64,000 bases of DNA from an uncultured cyanobacterium (GCA_963718615.1 OY970368.1:2496001-2560000); one strand, 5' to 3'. Shown: positions 1-10,474, counted from the stretch's first letter. Program-made: numbers and translations. Notes: generated from the sequence alone by a model not told the origin.

Positions 1-99
1 ATGTAACGCTAACTGCGCTAATTCTTGCCAGCGATACCGGTCCTGCTGAAGGAGGGTAACGATTCGTGATTCAATGGTTTGTAGTTCTTCGATCGCCAT
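1..99 (-). CDS. 5' part of a hypothetical protein (runs off window edge)
   Basis: ATG at 99-97 opens MAIEELQTIESRIVTLLQQDRYRWQELAQLALH with no stop before position 1; not in ORF track. Confidence 0.55.
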   Translation of the reverse strand, partial: MAIEELQTIESRIVTLLQQDRYRWQELAQLALH

Positions 100-397
100 A
101 GATTTAATCTAGTCAACTAGACTTTGAAACCGAGCCGTTGCCTTAAAAGTCCAGTCAAAACACCTCTGATCCAACCTACCAGAGCGGTGGCCTCCTACGC
201 TTCAGTTTTTCGGAACCACCCCTGACCGCAAGTCTTGACCTTCTGCGGGAGACGCAGGTTATCCACTTCTGAAAGCCCCTCCCATTGAGCACTACAGCTC
301 TTTGTTAGTCCAGATTAAGGTTTTTTGGACTAAATCCACTCAAGATTGACGCAGAGGGCTGAACCATAAGTCTAGTCAGCGTTTCAGGAATCTTTGC

Positions 398-464
398 AAA
401 AAAAACCAGACTTGCTGAAGTGCCTCCTGCCTTTGCGGGAAGGCTCTGGCTCAAAACAAGTCTG
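398..464 (-). terminator. Probable intrinsic terminator after malic enzyme gene
   Basis: Outer arms CAGACTTG...CAAGTCTG enclose an inner GC hairpin, followed on the minus strand by a T run. Confidence 0.5.
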
Positions 465-512
465 ATCGAAAGATTGAGTACTCTTGTTCTAGATTAACGA
501 TGGAGAAAGGGT

Positions 513-1904
513 TTAGCGGCGAGCAATGCCAGCAGCCCGAGCGGCGCGCTCAACAGCTTGGGAAACAACTTGCGAAACCCGTTGATCAAAAACAGAAGGA
601 ACGACTTTTTCTGCATGCAGTTCTTCATCGGAAACCAAGCTCGCGATCGCCCGAGCGGCTTCCAAATACATGGACTCCGTAAAGGTTTTGGCTCGACAGT
701 CCAAGGCCCCTCGAAAAACCCCTGGAAAAGCTAACACATTGTTGATTTGATTGGGATAGTCGCTGCGGCCTGTAGCGACTACGGCGACGCGATCGCGAAT
801 CAATTCCGGCTGGATTTCAGGAATCGGATTGGCCATGGCAAATACAATGGCCTCAGGCGTCATGGATTCTACCATTTCCACCGTGAGCACACCCGGTGCG
901 CTGACTCCTAAAAAGACATCTGCATTTTTAATCCCGTCTGCTAGGGTACCCGATTCAACCACCGCAAATTCCTGTTTCGTGGAGTTGAGATCTGTTCGAT
1001 CACGCGAGACAATACCCTGGGAATCACACAGCAAAATTTTCGTTGCGCCAGCCGCTTTGAGCAGTTTTGCGATCGCCATGCCTGCGGCTCCGGCTCCATT
1101 AATCACAATCCGAATTTGCTCAAGCGGTTTTTGAACCAGCTTGAGCGCATTCATCAGCGCCGCTAACACCACAATGGCAGTGCCATGCTGATCATCATGG
1201 AAAATCAAGATATCCGTTTCAGCCCGCAGCCTTGCTTCAATTTCAAAACAGCGCGGCGCAGCAATATCCTCTAGATTCACTCCTCCAAACACGGGCGCAA
1301 TGCGTTTAACCGTCTCGACAATTTCGTCGGTATCTTGAGTATCCAGGCAGATAGGAAAGGCATCCACCCCAGCAAATTCCTTAAAGAGCATGGCTTTGCC
1401 TTCCATAACTGGTAGCGCCGCTGCACCGCCTAGATTGCCTAAACCGAGGACCGCACTGCCATCGGTGACGATGGCCACTGTATTCCCCTTAATGGTGAAT
1501 TGATAGACCTGCTGAGGATCAGCGGCGATCGCGCGGCAAATCCTCCCGACGCCAGGGGTATAGGCCATCGCCAGATCTGACTGCGCTGTTAACGCTTTTT
1601 TACTAATCACGCTGATCTTACCCCCTTCATGGAGCTTGAACGTGCGGTCAAAATGATCCAAGACCTCAATTTCTGGCACCGCTTTAACCGCCGCCACAAT
1701 TTCTGCCGCGTGGGTCTCGCTATAGGCATCCACGACTAAGTCTCGAACTGAAACCTTCAGGGTTTGCTCAATCAGGTCGATCGTACTTAAACTTCCCCGA
1801 GCTTGAGCGATCGCGGCCACCACACTAGCCAGCATTCCCGCTCTATTAGGCCCCTGAATACGGATCTTAAGACTGAAACTAGGATTCGGGGTCAACTCAA
1901 CCAT
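513..1904 (-). CDS. NAD(P)-dependent malic enzyme with N-terminal ACT domain
   Basis: AYTPGV, VTDGSAVLGLG, PVMEGKA, NLEDI, FHDDQHGT, GAGAAG, ATGRSD motifs; start taken at MVELTPNPS. Confidence 0.93.
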   Translation of the reverse strand: MVELTPNPSFSLKIRIQGPNRAGMLASVVAAIAQARGSLSTIDLIEQTLKVSVRDLVVDAYSETHAAEIVAAVKAVPEIEVLDHFDRTFKLHEGGKISVISKKALTAQSDLAMAYTPGVGRICRAIAADPQQVYQFTIKGNTVAIVTDGSAVLGLGNLGGAAALPVMEGKAMLFKEFAGVDAFPICLDTQDTDEIVETVKRIAPVFGGVNLEDIAAPRCFEIEARLRAETDILIFHDDQHGTAIVVLAALMNALKLVQKPLEQIRIVINGAGAAGMAIAKLLKAAGATKILLCDSQGIVSRDRTDLNSTKQEFAVVESGTLADGIKNADVFLGVSAPGVLTVEMVESMTPEAIVFAMANPIPEIQPELIRDRVAVVATGRSDYPNQINNVLAFPGVFRGALDCRAKTFTESMYLEAARAIASLVSDEELHAEKVVPSVFDQRVSQVVSQAVERAARAAGIARR

Positions 1905-2320
1905 GATAAGGCGCTCTCCGCGTGCGATCGAAACGAAAAATCTTGACAGCATGAAAAGATTTCAAGCCTTCAATTCTACCGAATCCCGCCCGAGACAACA
2001 GCGTTAATCACTTCTGTTTTCTTGTCTCACTTTTATCTTAAAGATGGACTTGTTTTAAGCCTTAGACAAAACAGTTGAGATTGCTTTCCATCTCTATTGT
2101 CCCATTAGTCTTTTATGAGACTTATTTCAAGTCTATTTTTGGGTCTTAATTGAGCTCGACTGACAGGTTTGTGCTTAATTTTTTTGCCCATGGAGGGTCA
2201 GATCCTGTAACCCAGGAGACTAAGTGACCTTATCGGAAGGTTCACAAATAAGGGTTATGATGTGATCCCCTTGGAGGGAGGCATCTAACCTTTGAACCGT
2301 CGTTTAGCCAAACAGGTGAA

Positions 2321-3718
2321 ATGTTTAAAACGCGTCGTAAGTCCTATTTCTCTGCCAGGTCATCTGCCCGTGGCACTTATCGGCGACAATCGCGATCGCT
2401 AACCCGCTGGCAAATATTGGCGGCCATTCCGCTAACTTTGATAGGACTAGAGATATTGATGCGTTTGGGCGTTGCGATTACTGGGCAAGGCGAGGCGTTC
2501 CGAGGAGGAGCGGGAGAATCTTCGAGAGCAGCAGATTATCGACTAAAGTTTGTCAGCCAGTCTGGCTCAACCTACGAGGGTCTCTCATCCCAAGGAAATC
2601 TCGCGGTAGTCCGCAGCTCCCTCCAGGGCTATGAACTCGTCAAAAATCAGCAAGGCAAAGCTTGGTCCATTGGAGAACAAGGGTTTCGAGCGGAATCGAA
2701 ACTTGCACCCCAAAAAGCTCCTAATGAATTTAGAGTTTTTCTTTTAGGAGGATCGACAGCTTTTGGTCAACTCAGCTCCAGCGACCAAACGACGATCGCC
2801 CAAGAATTAGAAACAAAGCTAAACTGGCGAGTCAATCAACAACAAAAGCAGCCTAACCAATTTCGTCCGCAGCAATTACCTTACTTTGCAGATGAGCAGT
2901 CAAAAGCCCTGGCAAAGCCTAAACGAATTCCTGAAAAGCGTTATCAGGTGATTAATGCTGCCGTTCCGGGCTATGCCTCCAGCAATGAATTGGTCCATTT
3001 AGTACGGCATGTTTTATCCTATCAACCTGACGTTATTGTTCTTCTTAACGGCTACACAGATCTGGTTCTTCCCAGCGATCAGGTCGCAGTCGAAGTGCCC
3101 AAAATAGAATCACTGCTTGACAACGCTTGGGCACACTTCAGCACTAGCAAGCGTCAGCAAATAGGTAATTTTCTCAACAACTTCTACCTCATTAAAGGAC
3201 TGAATCGCTGGATTCTGAAGCCGGAACAATCGGGGTCTGTCAGTCTGCCACCAGGGTTTGAGAGCAAAGCAGCCCATATCCCAACAAATGGGGAGGAACT
3301 AACCCGCCGGATCGATCGCTATGAAGAAAACCTGCGGAAAATCGCACAGATTAGCGGTGTGACTCAAGCTCCTTTGCTGGTCGCGCTCCAGCCGAAGGTA
3401 AGCGATCGCCTCAAAGCCAAGCCAACAGAGAAAGAAGCACAAATTCTCAAACAATTAGGCAACGACTACCCCAAACGGACAGAGGCTGCCTATACTCAGC
3501 TGCGTAGCTCCGTTGAGAATGTTAAAAAAGCGTTTCCTCAGCGAGTTTTCTCGCTAAACTTAGAAAATATCTTTCAGTCTACGGAAGGTGAGGTTTTTCA
3601 GGATTCAATTCATCTGACTGACTCGGCCAACCAAATCCTGGCGGAGCAGTTGTATGGGGCGATCGTTCAACGCTTGGAAATCGAGGCAAAGCCCTATAGT
3701 GGATTGCCACCTCAATAA
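2321..3718 (+). CDS. Membrane-anchored SGNH/GDSL hydrolase family protein
   Basis: N-terminal TM helix; LGGSTAFG block I, INAAVPG, LNGYTD, DSIH catalytic motif. Confidence 0.8.
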   Translation: MFKTRRKSYFSARSSARGTYRRQSRSLTRWQILAAIPLTLIGLEILMRLGVAITGQGEAFRGGAGESSRAADYRLKFVSQSGSTYEGLSSQGNLAVVRSSLQGYELVKNQQGKAWSIGEQGFRAESKLAPQKAPNEFRVFLLGGSTAFGQLSSSDQTTIAQELETKLNWRVNQQQKQPNQFRPQQLPYFADEQSKALAKPKRIPEKRYQVINAAVPGYASSNELVHLVRHVLSYQPDVIVLLNGYTDLVLPSDQVAVEVPKIESLLDNAWAHFSTSKRQQIGNFLNNFYLIKGLNRWILKPEQSGSVSLPPGFESKAAHIPTNGEELTRRIDRYEENLRKIAQISGVTQAPLLVALQPKVSDRLKAKPTEKEAQILKQLGNDYPKRTEAAYTQLRSSVENVKKAFPQRVFSLNLENIFQSTEGEVFQDSIHLTDSANQILAEQLYGAIVQRLEIEAKPYSGLPPQ

Positions 3719-3822
3719 CCCAAGTACTTCAAGCCGGTAGCAAGGTAAGGTCCGTTTAAGACCAATTCAAAGGCCAATTCAAGGCCAAACTGTAGAAAGA
3801 TTGATTAGAGGGATTTAAAACT

Positions 3823-4140
3823 ATGACTCAAGCTGTGGTCAAATTTTCATCTACGGAATGCGGTATTTGCCACAAGATGTCATTCTATGACGCGAAGGTA
3901 ACCCAGGAATTGGGCTTGGAATTTATCGATGTCAAAATGCAAGATCGGCAAGCCTATGGCAAGTATCGCAAGATTTTGCTGACTCAATACCCCAACAAAG
4001 AAGATATGGGTTGGCCCACCTATTTAATCTGTGAAGATCCTGAAGGAGATTTTAAGATTATAGGTGAGATCAAAGGGGGACATCCTAAAGGAGAATTCCG
4101 ATCAAAGCTTCAGGAAGTTCTCGCAAATTCAGCAAATTGA
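3823..4140 (+). CDS. Thioredoxin-fold protein
   Basis: CGIC (CxxC) near N-terminus and GWPT cis-Pro motif. Confidence 0.75.
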   Translation: MTQAVVKFSSTECGICHKMSFYDAKVTQELGLEFIDVKMQDRQAYGKYRKILLTQYPNKEDMGWPTYLICEDPEGDFKIIGEIKGGHPKGEFRSKLQEVLANSAN

Positions 4141-4204
4141 TTCACCAATTGAGCATTGAGCCACCTTGGCTAATCGTTGTTGGCCGAGTCAGAGTGTCAT
4201 CGCC

Positions 4205-5530
4205 CTAAAGCAGTACTGCTGCTCGGTCTGCCAAACTCGATCGCTCTCCTTTCAACAAGGTAATATGACCCGCTAGGGGTTCTCCCTTAAAGCGCTCAAC
4301 GGCATAGGTAAGCCCATTGCTAGAGGCATCGACATAGGGGTTATCAATCTGTGCTGGATCACCGGTTAAAACAATCTTGGTGCCTTCTCCCGCTCGCGTC
4401 AGAATGGTTTTGACTTCGTGAGGCGTTAGGTTTTGCGCTTCATCCACAATCAAAAATTGCTTGGGTAACGTTCTTCCTCGAATATATGTCAAGGGCTCAA
4501 TTTGTAACATCCCCATTTCCATTAATTCCTCATGTCCTCGTCGCCAATGACCTGCTTTTCCTTTGTTTTCCTGAGTCCCAAAGATCAGGTCAAAGTTATC
4601 GTAGAGCGGTTGCATCCAAGGGGTCAGTTTTTCTTGAATGTCCCCTGGTAAATAACCAATATCTCGTCCCATGGGAATAACAGGACGGGAGATCAAGAGG
4701 CGGCTATAGAGCCCTTCATCGGCCACCTTTTGCAGTCCGGCGGCGATCGCCAGCAACGTTTTTCCTGTTCCAGCCTGCCCCACTAATGTCACTAGGGGAA
4801 TCGAATCCCGTAGCAACAGCTCCAACGCAAAACTTTGCTCCCGATTGCGGGCGTGAATACGAGAAACCCCACTTCGAGGCAGTTTTGCAAGGGGCTCAAT
4901 TTTGCCACTGACCGCATCGACAATGCCCAACGCGGTATGGCTGGGATTGGCCTCATCTACTAGGGTGAGAGTCTGGTTGGGCAAGAGAGGTTCGTTTGTG
5001 GGCAGTCCTCCCAGTCGAAAAAGCTGGTCCATGGCCTCAGTATTTAAACGCAAATCGCTGGTACCGGTATAGAGATCGCTAAAGTCGACCTTATCCGTTT
5101 CATAGTCTCGCGCTGCCAATCCAACCGCATCTGCTTTGATTCGGAGATTTGTATCTTTACTCACCAGTACGACGGGACAATCACAGAGCTTTTGTTGCTC
5201 TAGCGCCACGGCCAAAATCGCATTATCCGCTTGATCGCCCTCTAGCTCTGGCGGCAATCCCTTCAGGGTCTCACGATGACACAATGCAACTTTCAGAATT
5301 CCCCCGTTGTTAATGGGGATACCTTCGATAAAATGTCCACGCTTGCGCAATTCGTCCAGCGTCCGAGCCACCTGGCGGGCATTCCGCCCCGTCATTTCAG
5401 GTTTTTTCTTAAACCGATCCAGTTCTTCAATAATCGCCATCGGCAAGATGACATCATTGTCCTCGAAGCGCAGCATGGCGGATGGATCATGCAGCAGGAC
5501 ATTGGTGTCAAGGACAAAGGTCTTTTTCAT
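4205..5530 (-). CDS. PIN-PhoH protein (PhoH2/YlaK-like ribonuclease-ATPase)
   Basis: PIN domain (FVLDTNVLLHD, EELD, DNAIL, VSKDTNLRIKA) plus PhoH ATPase (GQAGTGKT, IRGRT, DEAQN, GDPAQID). Confidence 0.92.
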   Translation of the reverse strand: MKKTFVLDTNVLLHDPSAMLRFEDNDVILPMAIIEELDRFKKKPEMTGRNARQVARTLDELRKRGHFIEGIPINNGGILKVALCHRETLKGLPPELEGDQADNAILAVALEQQKLCDCPVVLVSKDTNLRIKADAVGLAARDYETDKVDFSDLYTGTSDLRLNTEAMDQLFRLGGLPTNEPLLPNQTLTLVDEANPSHTALGIVDAVSGKIEPLAKLPRSGVSRIHARNREQSFALELLLRDSIPLVTLVGQAGTGKTLLAIAAGLQKVADEGLYSRLLISRPVIPMGRDIGYLPGDIQEKLTPWMQPLYDNFDLIFGTQENKGKAGHWRRGHEELMEMGMLQIEPLTYIRGRTLPKQFLIVDEAQNLTPHEVKTILTRAGEGTKIVLTGDPAQIDNPYVDASSNGLTYAVERFKGEPLAGHITLLKGERSSLADRAAVLL

Positions 5531-5706
5531 AGGTGAGTGAACTGGCAGACTCCTGTAATGGCAACAGTGGCCCAGAGCCTTCAGATGCGGAATCAATGGA
5601 TATGCCCACTGTACTCTAGCATCTGCCCCTTTTTGTGCTCTGGATGACAGATGGATATTTGAAGCTATTATTCCCGAACCCGCGAATAACTCACAGACTA
5701 GGGTAC

Positions 5707-8499
5707 TTAAGCTTCACGCGTGACGCGGATAATACTGTCGGTGACTGTTTCAAACGTATCGTCGTGACTGATCACAAAGAGCTGCCGAAAAGCCTTGAGA
5801 TTGGCGAGGGCCTCGGCGAGTTGCTCACGGCGCGGTCGATCCATATTTGTTGTCGGTTCATCAAAGAAGGCAATATCAAAATCCGCTAGCACCTTGAGCA
5901 ATGCCAGGCGGATCGCTAGGGCCGCTGCCATTTGTTCACCGCCGGAGAGGGTTTTAAAGTTACGCCAAACCGCCCCTTCTTGAATTTGAATCTCGTAGTC
6001 TTCGGTCCAGTTCAAGGCCATGTTTTGACGATTCATTAACTCACGGAAGAGGCGATCGCCCTCTCGCACAATTTCATTGAGATAGAACTGTGTAATTCTC
6101 GGGCCGCTTTGGTTATAAATACGTCTTGCATCTGCAATAAATTGTTGAACTTGCTGTTTCTGTTGGAGTTCTCCTTCAAGGCGATCGCAGGTTTTTAGCC
6201 AGTCCTGTCGTTGTTCCAATTCTCGCCCAAGGCGAGTCAGCTCTTGCTGCTGTCCCGGCAAAGCTCCGGCGAGCTGATCCCGCTGGGCCTTGGTATCGCT
6301 GTAGTCACGCTCCAGTTCGGCTAGGGTTTCCGGGTCATGGTCTCGCTGTAAATCCGCCAGGGCCTGCTGCACTTGGCTCACCTCCAACCGCAGTTTGGTC
6401 TGTTCCTGTTCTAGGGTTTGGAGTTGGGTGGTTCGCGCCGGTAGCGCTTGGGCTTCATTTTGCTGCTGGAGATACTGTTGGTAGCCCGCTTGATAACGTT
6501 GTTTGACGGCAGTTTGGGTTTGAATTTCAGTATCTAGAGAGCCATAGCACTGGAGCTGCTCGGTGAATTGGGCGATCGCCCTTTCGAGCTCCGTCTGTTC
6601 TTGTCTTAAGGCCTGTCGACGGGTTTGTAAGGCCTTTGCTTTCGCGCATTGCGTTTCCAGATAACGGGCTCGACCGCGCGGATCCTCTAGGGCTGCCAAG
6701 GTTTGCCGTTGAGCCTCAATGTGTTGTTGCAATTCAGGTTCTGCGGCTAGAGCTTGGTCTAAAACTGTCAGTTCTTGGCTGAGCTCAGCCCATTCCGCTT
6801 GGTACCGAGCCAACTGCTTTTCCTGTTCCGGTAAGGCTTCATAGGCCAATCGATCCCGCTGACGAGCCTTGAGTTCCGTTTGCAGTTGCTTAAGTTGGAG
6901 CCGTAACGCTTTGTCATTGGCTTGCGCTTGAATCTGGGCAAAGGTAAGCTCTAAGGCTTCTTTATCTTGTTGGTGATAGTTGAGACCGCTTTCTAGGGCG
7001 GTACGAGCCCGTTGCAACAACTCTTGCAAGGGAAGATTGTCGGAAGAGAGCAAGTTTGAATCTTGGGTAAAGGCTGCGATCGCCTTCAATACCGGCTTAA
7101 CCTGTCGTTGATGCTGTTGTTGATGGGTTTGGGTTTGTTCGGTTAATTGGCTCAAAATCTCCTGAAACTGTTGCGCGGCACTCACCTGACCGAGCTGGGT
7201 TTGCAGTTGCTGAACTTGGTTTTCTAAGGTGGGTACGGTTTCAACGGCTGCCGCTAGCGATCGCAACTGTTCAAGCGAGGCCGTTAACGTTTTAATTTGA
7301 GTTTGAACTTCGCTATACCGTTTCTGCGTACTGGCCTGCTGGAGGCGTTGGGCCTGTAGCTGCTGCACCTGAGTTTGAAGCTGTTGGAGTTCTGCTTCTA
7401 AGCGCAGTTGCGTTTGAATTTGTGGCTGCAAGCTTTGTAGAACTTGTTGAGCTTGCTCAATTTCAGCCAATTGCACATCCAGTTGACCCGCTTGCACCTG
7501 AAGGGGCATGAGCTTTTTTTGGGCCTGGGTCTGCTGATGCTGAAGCTTGGCGCGTTCCTGCTCCTGCTGGCGCAGTTGCTGGAGCTGAGTCTCCGCTTTT
7601 TGATAACCTTCGAAAGCAGTTTGCTGGGCTTCACAGAGAGACTGAGCGGCCTGGGCTTGGTGGACCAACTGCTGCTGCTGGGCGATCGCTTCTGTTTTCG
7701 CCTCCTGTTGCGTGGTTAGCTGAGCAACCTGTTGTTCAAGCTGGGTCATCACCCGAACCTGTTCAAGCCGAGTAACCCGATCCTGCTCAAGTACCGCAAG
7801 TTGTTCCGCTAATGTCCGTAAAAATGCTTCGGTATGGTCTACTGCCCGTCGTTGGGCTTTGTACTGCTCTTGAATTTGTTCCCAATCGGTGAGGCGATCG
7901 CGATAGTTTTCAAGGGTTTGCTGAAGGGTTTGGGTCTGGGTTTTGGCATAGGTTTCTAAATCACTGGATGCTTTGAAAGCTTGTTTGTAAGCTTCCACCT
8001 TCAAAATCGGGTCAAACACCTTACGCCGCTCGGTAGCCGATTTCAGAAAGTCCAGTGTGAAGGTGCCCTGAGGAATCCCAATCACATCCGCGAAGAGTTT
8101 AGATAAATCGGTTCCCTTGGGAATTCCCAAATGTTCCCGGAGCCACTGCTGGGCCGCTTCAATTTTATTGAGATCATCCAGCTTACGATTCAGTTGTGGA
8201 TCAAAGATTCGATAGCGATCGCCCCGTCCTTTCGCTGTTTCCCGCTGTACCGTATAGGTTCGACCATCATGGCTAGAAATAATAGAAACCACAACCTCAG
8301 CGCTTTTGGCATCTTGATACCGCAGCTCATCTTTGTTGTAGCCACTGCTATAGTCAAATAGAACCCAGGCGATCGCCTCTAAAATACTGGTTTTACCGGC
8401 ACCGTTTTCACCGCAAATGGCATTGACACCCGCTTGAAAGTCAAAATGGCGATCGCGATGAATCTTAAAGTTTTTCAGCGTGACGGATAGGATTTGCAT
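5707..8499 (-). CDS. SbcC/Rad50-like SMC-family ATPase
   Basis: LKNFK, Walker A GENGAGKT, long Q/E-rich coiled coil, LSGGE signature, FFDEPT Walker B, VISHD. Confidence 0.9.
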   Translation of the reverse strand: MQILSVTLKNFKIHRDRHFDFQAGVNAICGENGAGKTSILEAIAWVLFDYSSGYNKDELRYQDAKSAEVVVSIISSHDGRTYTVQRETAKGRGDRYRIFDPQLNRKLDDLNKIEAAQQWLREHLGIPKGTDLSKLFADVIGIPQGTFTLDFLKSATERRKVFDPILKVEAYKQAFKASSDLETYAKTQTQTLQQTLENYRDRLTDWEQIQEQYKAQRRAVDHTEAFLRTLAEQLAVLEQDRVTRLEQVRVMTQLEQQVAQLTTQQEAKTEAIAQQQQLVHQAQAAQSLCEAQQTAFEGYQKAETQLQQLRQQEQERAKLQHQQTQAQKKLMPLQVQAGQLDVQLAEIEQAQQVLQSLQPQIQTQLRLEAELQQLQTQVQQLQAQRLQQASTQKRYSEVQTQIKTLTASLEQLRSLAAAVETVPTLENQVQQLQTQLGQVSAAQQFQEILSQLTEQTQTHQQQHQRQVKPVLKAIAAFTQDSNLLSSDNLPLQELLQRARTALESGLNYHQQDKEALELTFAQIQAQANDKALRLQLKQLQTELKARQRDRLAYEALPEQEKQLARYQAEWAELSQELTVLDQALAAEPELQQHIEAQRQTLAALEDPRGRARYLETQCAKAKALQTRRQALRQEQTELERAIAQFTEQLQCYGSLDTEIQTQTAVKQRYQAGYQQYLQQQNEAQALPARTTQLQTLEQEQTKLRLEVSQVQQALADLQRDHDPETLAELERDYSDTKAQRDQLAGALPGQQQELTRLGRELEQRQDWLKTCDRLEGELQQKQQVQQFIADARRIYNQSGPRITQFYLNEIVREGDRLFRELMNRQNMALNWTEDYEIQIQEGAVWRNFKTLSGGEQMAAALAIRLALLKVLADFDIAFFDEPTTNMDRPRREQLAEALANLKAFRQLFVISHDDTFETVTDSIIRVTREA

Positions 8500-8557
8500 G
8501 GCGGCCAGTGGAACGAGTCTTGCCTAGGAAGTCTTTCCTATGGTACAGGTGCTCCTA

Positions 8558-9262
8558 TCAAAGTTCAAAGGTCAACCCCTGTTGTTGCAATCGGTGGTAG
8601 CGATCGGCGTCAAATTGATAGAGCTGAGCCGCTCGGTGACGGACGTTTTGCTGTTTTTCGCTTAAGGGCTGAAGCACATTCAGTTTCAGGATTTTCTTAC
8701 GAAAGTTACGTTTATCCAAGGGCTGATCCAACACGGTTTCGTAAAGTCGCTGTAGCTGTGTCAGCGTAAATTTCGGCGGCAAGAGCTCAAACCCAATCGG
8801 TTCGTAGCGCAACTTTCCCCGCAGTCGCTGAAGGGCGATCGCCACAATCTCTGCATGGTCAAAGGCTAGTGGCGGCAAATCGTTAACCCTCACCCACCGA
8901 GCCGCCGCCGCATCCGTTGCCGCCTGCAACGGATGGACCTCAAGACTAATCAGCGCATAGTAGGTCACACTCACCACCCGTTCACGGGGGTCACGTTCAA
9001 TTGCCCCAAAACTATAGAGTTGCTCCAAAAAAATATGAGCGACCCCCGTTTCCTCTTGAAGTTCTCGCCGGGCCGCTGCATCTAGACTTTCATCCAATTG
9101 CACAAATCCTCCCGGCAATGCCCATTGACCTTTGTAGGGCTCTAGCTTGCGACGAATCAACAAAAGCTTTAGGCCACTATTGCCCTCCCCGTTGCTATGG
9201 AAACCAAACACAACGCAGTCGACCGTTAAGGCAGGGCGTGGATAAGGATAGGAGTAAGCCAT
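8558..9262 (-). CDS. nrtR: NrtR-family Nudix/winged-HTH transcriptional regulator
   Basis: [22 protein letters not shown] Nudix box, RDPR, LAFDH, C-terminal [11 protein letters not shown]...NFRKK wHTH. Confidence 0.9.
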   Translation of the reverse strand: MAYSYPYPRPALTVDCVVFGFHSNGEGNSGLKLLLIRRKLEPYKGQWALPGGFVQLDESLDAAARRELQEETGVAHIFLEQLYSFGAIERDPRERVVSVTYYALISLEVHPLQAATDAAAARWVRVNDLPPLAFDHAEIVAIALQRLRGKLRYEPIGFELLPPKFTLTQLQRLYETVLDQPLDKRNFRKKILKLNVLQPLSEKQQNVRHRAAQLYQFDADRYHRLQQQGLTFEL

Positions 9263-9324
9263 AGATCCTCCGCAGCTCCTCGAACGCAGCTCCTCAAACA
9301 TCAACTCTCGACAACCATCCTACC

Positions 9325-9353
9325 TTGACATCGTGTTATTTCAACACTATCTT
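9325..9353 (+). promoter_or_regulatory. Sigma70-type promoter of nicotinamidase-like gene
   Basis: TTGACA (9325-9330), 17-bp spacer, TATCTT (9348-9353). Confidence 0.7.
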
Positions 9354-9374
9354 GAGGTGTAAGATGTACACGAT
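9330..9374. promoter_or_regulatory. Two tandem NrtR-type operators (GTGT-N7-ACAC)
   Basis: ATCGTGTTATTTCAACACTAT (9330-9350) and GAGGTGTAAGATGTACACGAT (9354-9374) match the GT-N7-AC core of NrtR boxes and lie between nrtR and its divergent gene. Confidence 0.8.
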
Positions 9375-9418
9375 GGTAGGCAAGGCACAACCACGCCTAG
9401 AAAAACCGAGTAATCACC

Positions 9419-10450
9419 ATGATGTCACCATTGCCCATTCCTTCCTGCTTCGAGCGCGATCGCGCTGGCCAGCTTTATCGCGTTGCCTACCAGGAGCGAG
9501 CGGCTGAAGCCAAAGCCTGGGCCGAGGCACACCAAATTCCATCTGCCAGCATTGATTCCCAGCGGATTTGCCTCTTGGCGATTGACGTACAAAACACGTT
9601 TTGTCTACCCGAGTTTGAACTCTTTGTTGGTGGCCGTTCAGGCACAGGAGCCATTGACGATACGGCTCGGCTCTGCGAATTTATCTATCGCAATCTCGGG
9701 CAGATCACCGAAATTGTGTCGACCATGGATACTCACACTGCTACACAAATTTTCCATCCCTTGTTTTGGCTCAATTCCCACGGGGAACATCCAAGTCCCA
9801 TGGGTTTGATCCAATGGGACGAGGTCATTCAGGGAAAGTGGCATGTCAATCCAGCCCTGGCCCAAAGTTTGAACACCGATCTAACATCCTTGCAAGACTA
9901 TGCACTGCACTATACTCGTCAACTCAGTCAAGCGGGCAAATATCCACTGACTATTTGGCCCTATCATGCAATGCTCGGCGGCCTCGGTCATGCTTTAGCC
10001 TCTGCCTTTGAAGAAGCCTGTTTTTTCCACTCGATCGCCCGCCAAACCCAAACCCATTTTGAATTAAAAGGCAGCAATCCCCTCACTGAAAATTATTCGG
10101 TTTTGCGACCCGAAATTTTAGACAACGCAACAGGAGAAGCGATCGCCCAGAAAAATATAACATTGATTAATCATCTCCTAAGTTTTGATGCGATTTTGAT
10201 TGCAGGTCAGGCCAAAAGCCACTGCGTCGCTTGGACCATTGCGGATTTACTCGATGAAATTGAACGCCGCGATCCTCATCTAGCCCAAAAAGTTTATCTT
10301 TTAGAAGATTGCACCTCCCCGGTCGTCGTACCAAATCTGGTAGACTTTACCGAACAGGCAAATGCAGCCTATGAACGCTTTTCTGAAGCTGGAATGAAAC
10401 GCGTCAATGCAACCGAACCTCTAGAGCAATGGCTGTTCAAACATCGTTAA
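9419..10450 (+). CDS. Long-form nicotinamidase/isochorismatase (cysteine hydrolase)
   Basis: IDVQNTF (Asp), MDTH and WPYH metal ligands, LKG (Lys), AKSHCV (Cys); divergent from nrtR. Confidence 0.85.
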   Translation: MMSPLPIPSCFERDRAGQLYRVAYQERAAEAKAWAEAHQIPSASIDSQRICLLAIDVQNTFCLPEFELFVGGRSGTGAIDDTARLCEFIYRNLGQITEIVSTMDTHTATQIFHPLFWLNSHGEHPSPMGLIQWDEVIQGKWHVNPALAQSLNTDLTSLQDYALHYTRQLSQAGKYPLTIWPYHAMLGGLGHALASAFEEACFFHSIARQTQTHFELKGSNPLTENYSVLRPEILDNATGEAIAQKNITLINHLLSFDAILIAGQAKSHCVAWTIADLLDEIERRDPHLAQKVYLLEDCTSPVVVPNLVDFTEQANAAYERFSEAGMKRVNATEPLEQWLFKHR

Positions 10451-10474
10451 TCCAGATCCCGAAGAGAAAAGCCA

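Noticed and set aside
120-300. Cobalamin or other known riboswitch
   Set aside because: I could not find the conserved B12-box or other riboswitch cores on either strand; none was seen upstream of cobO, hpnP or thiO either
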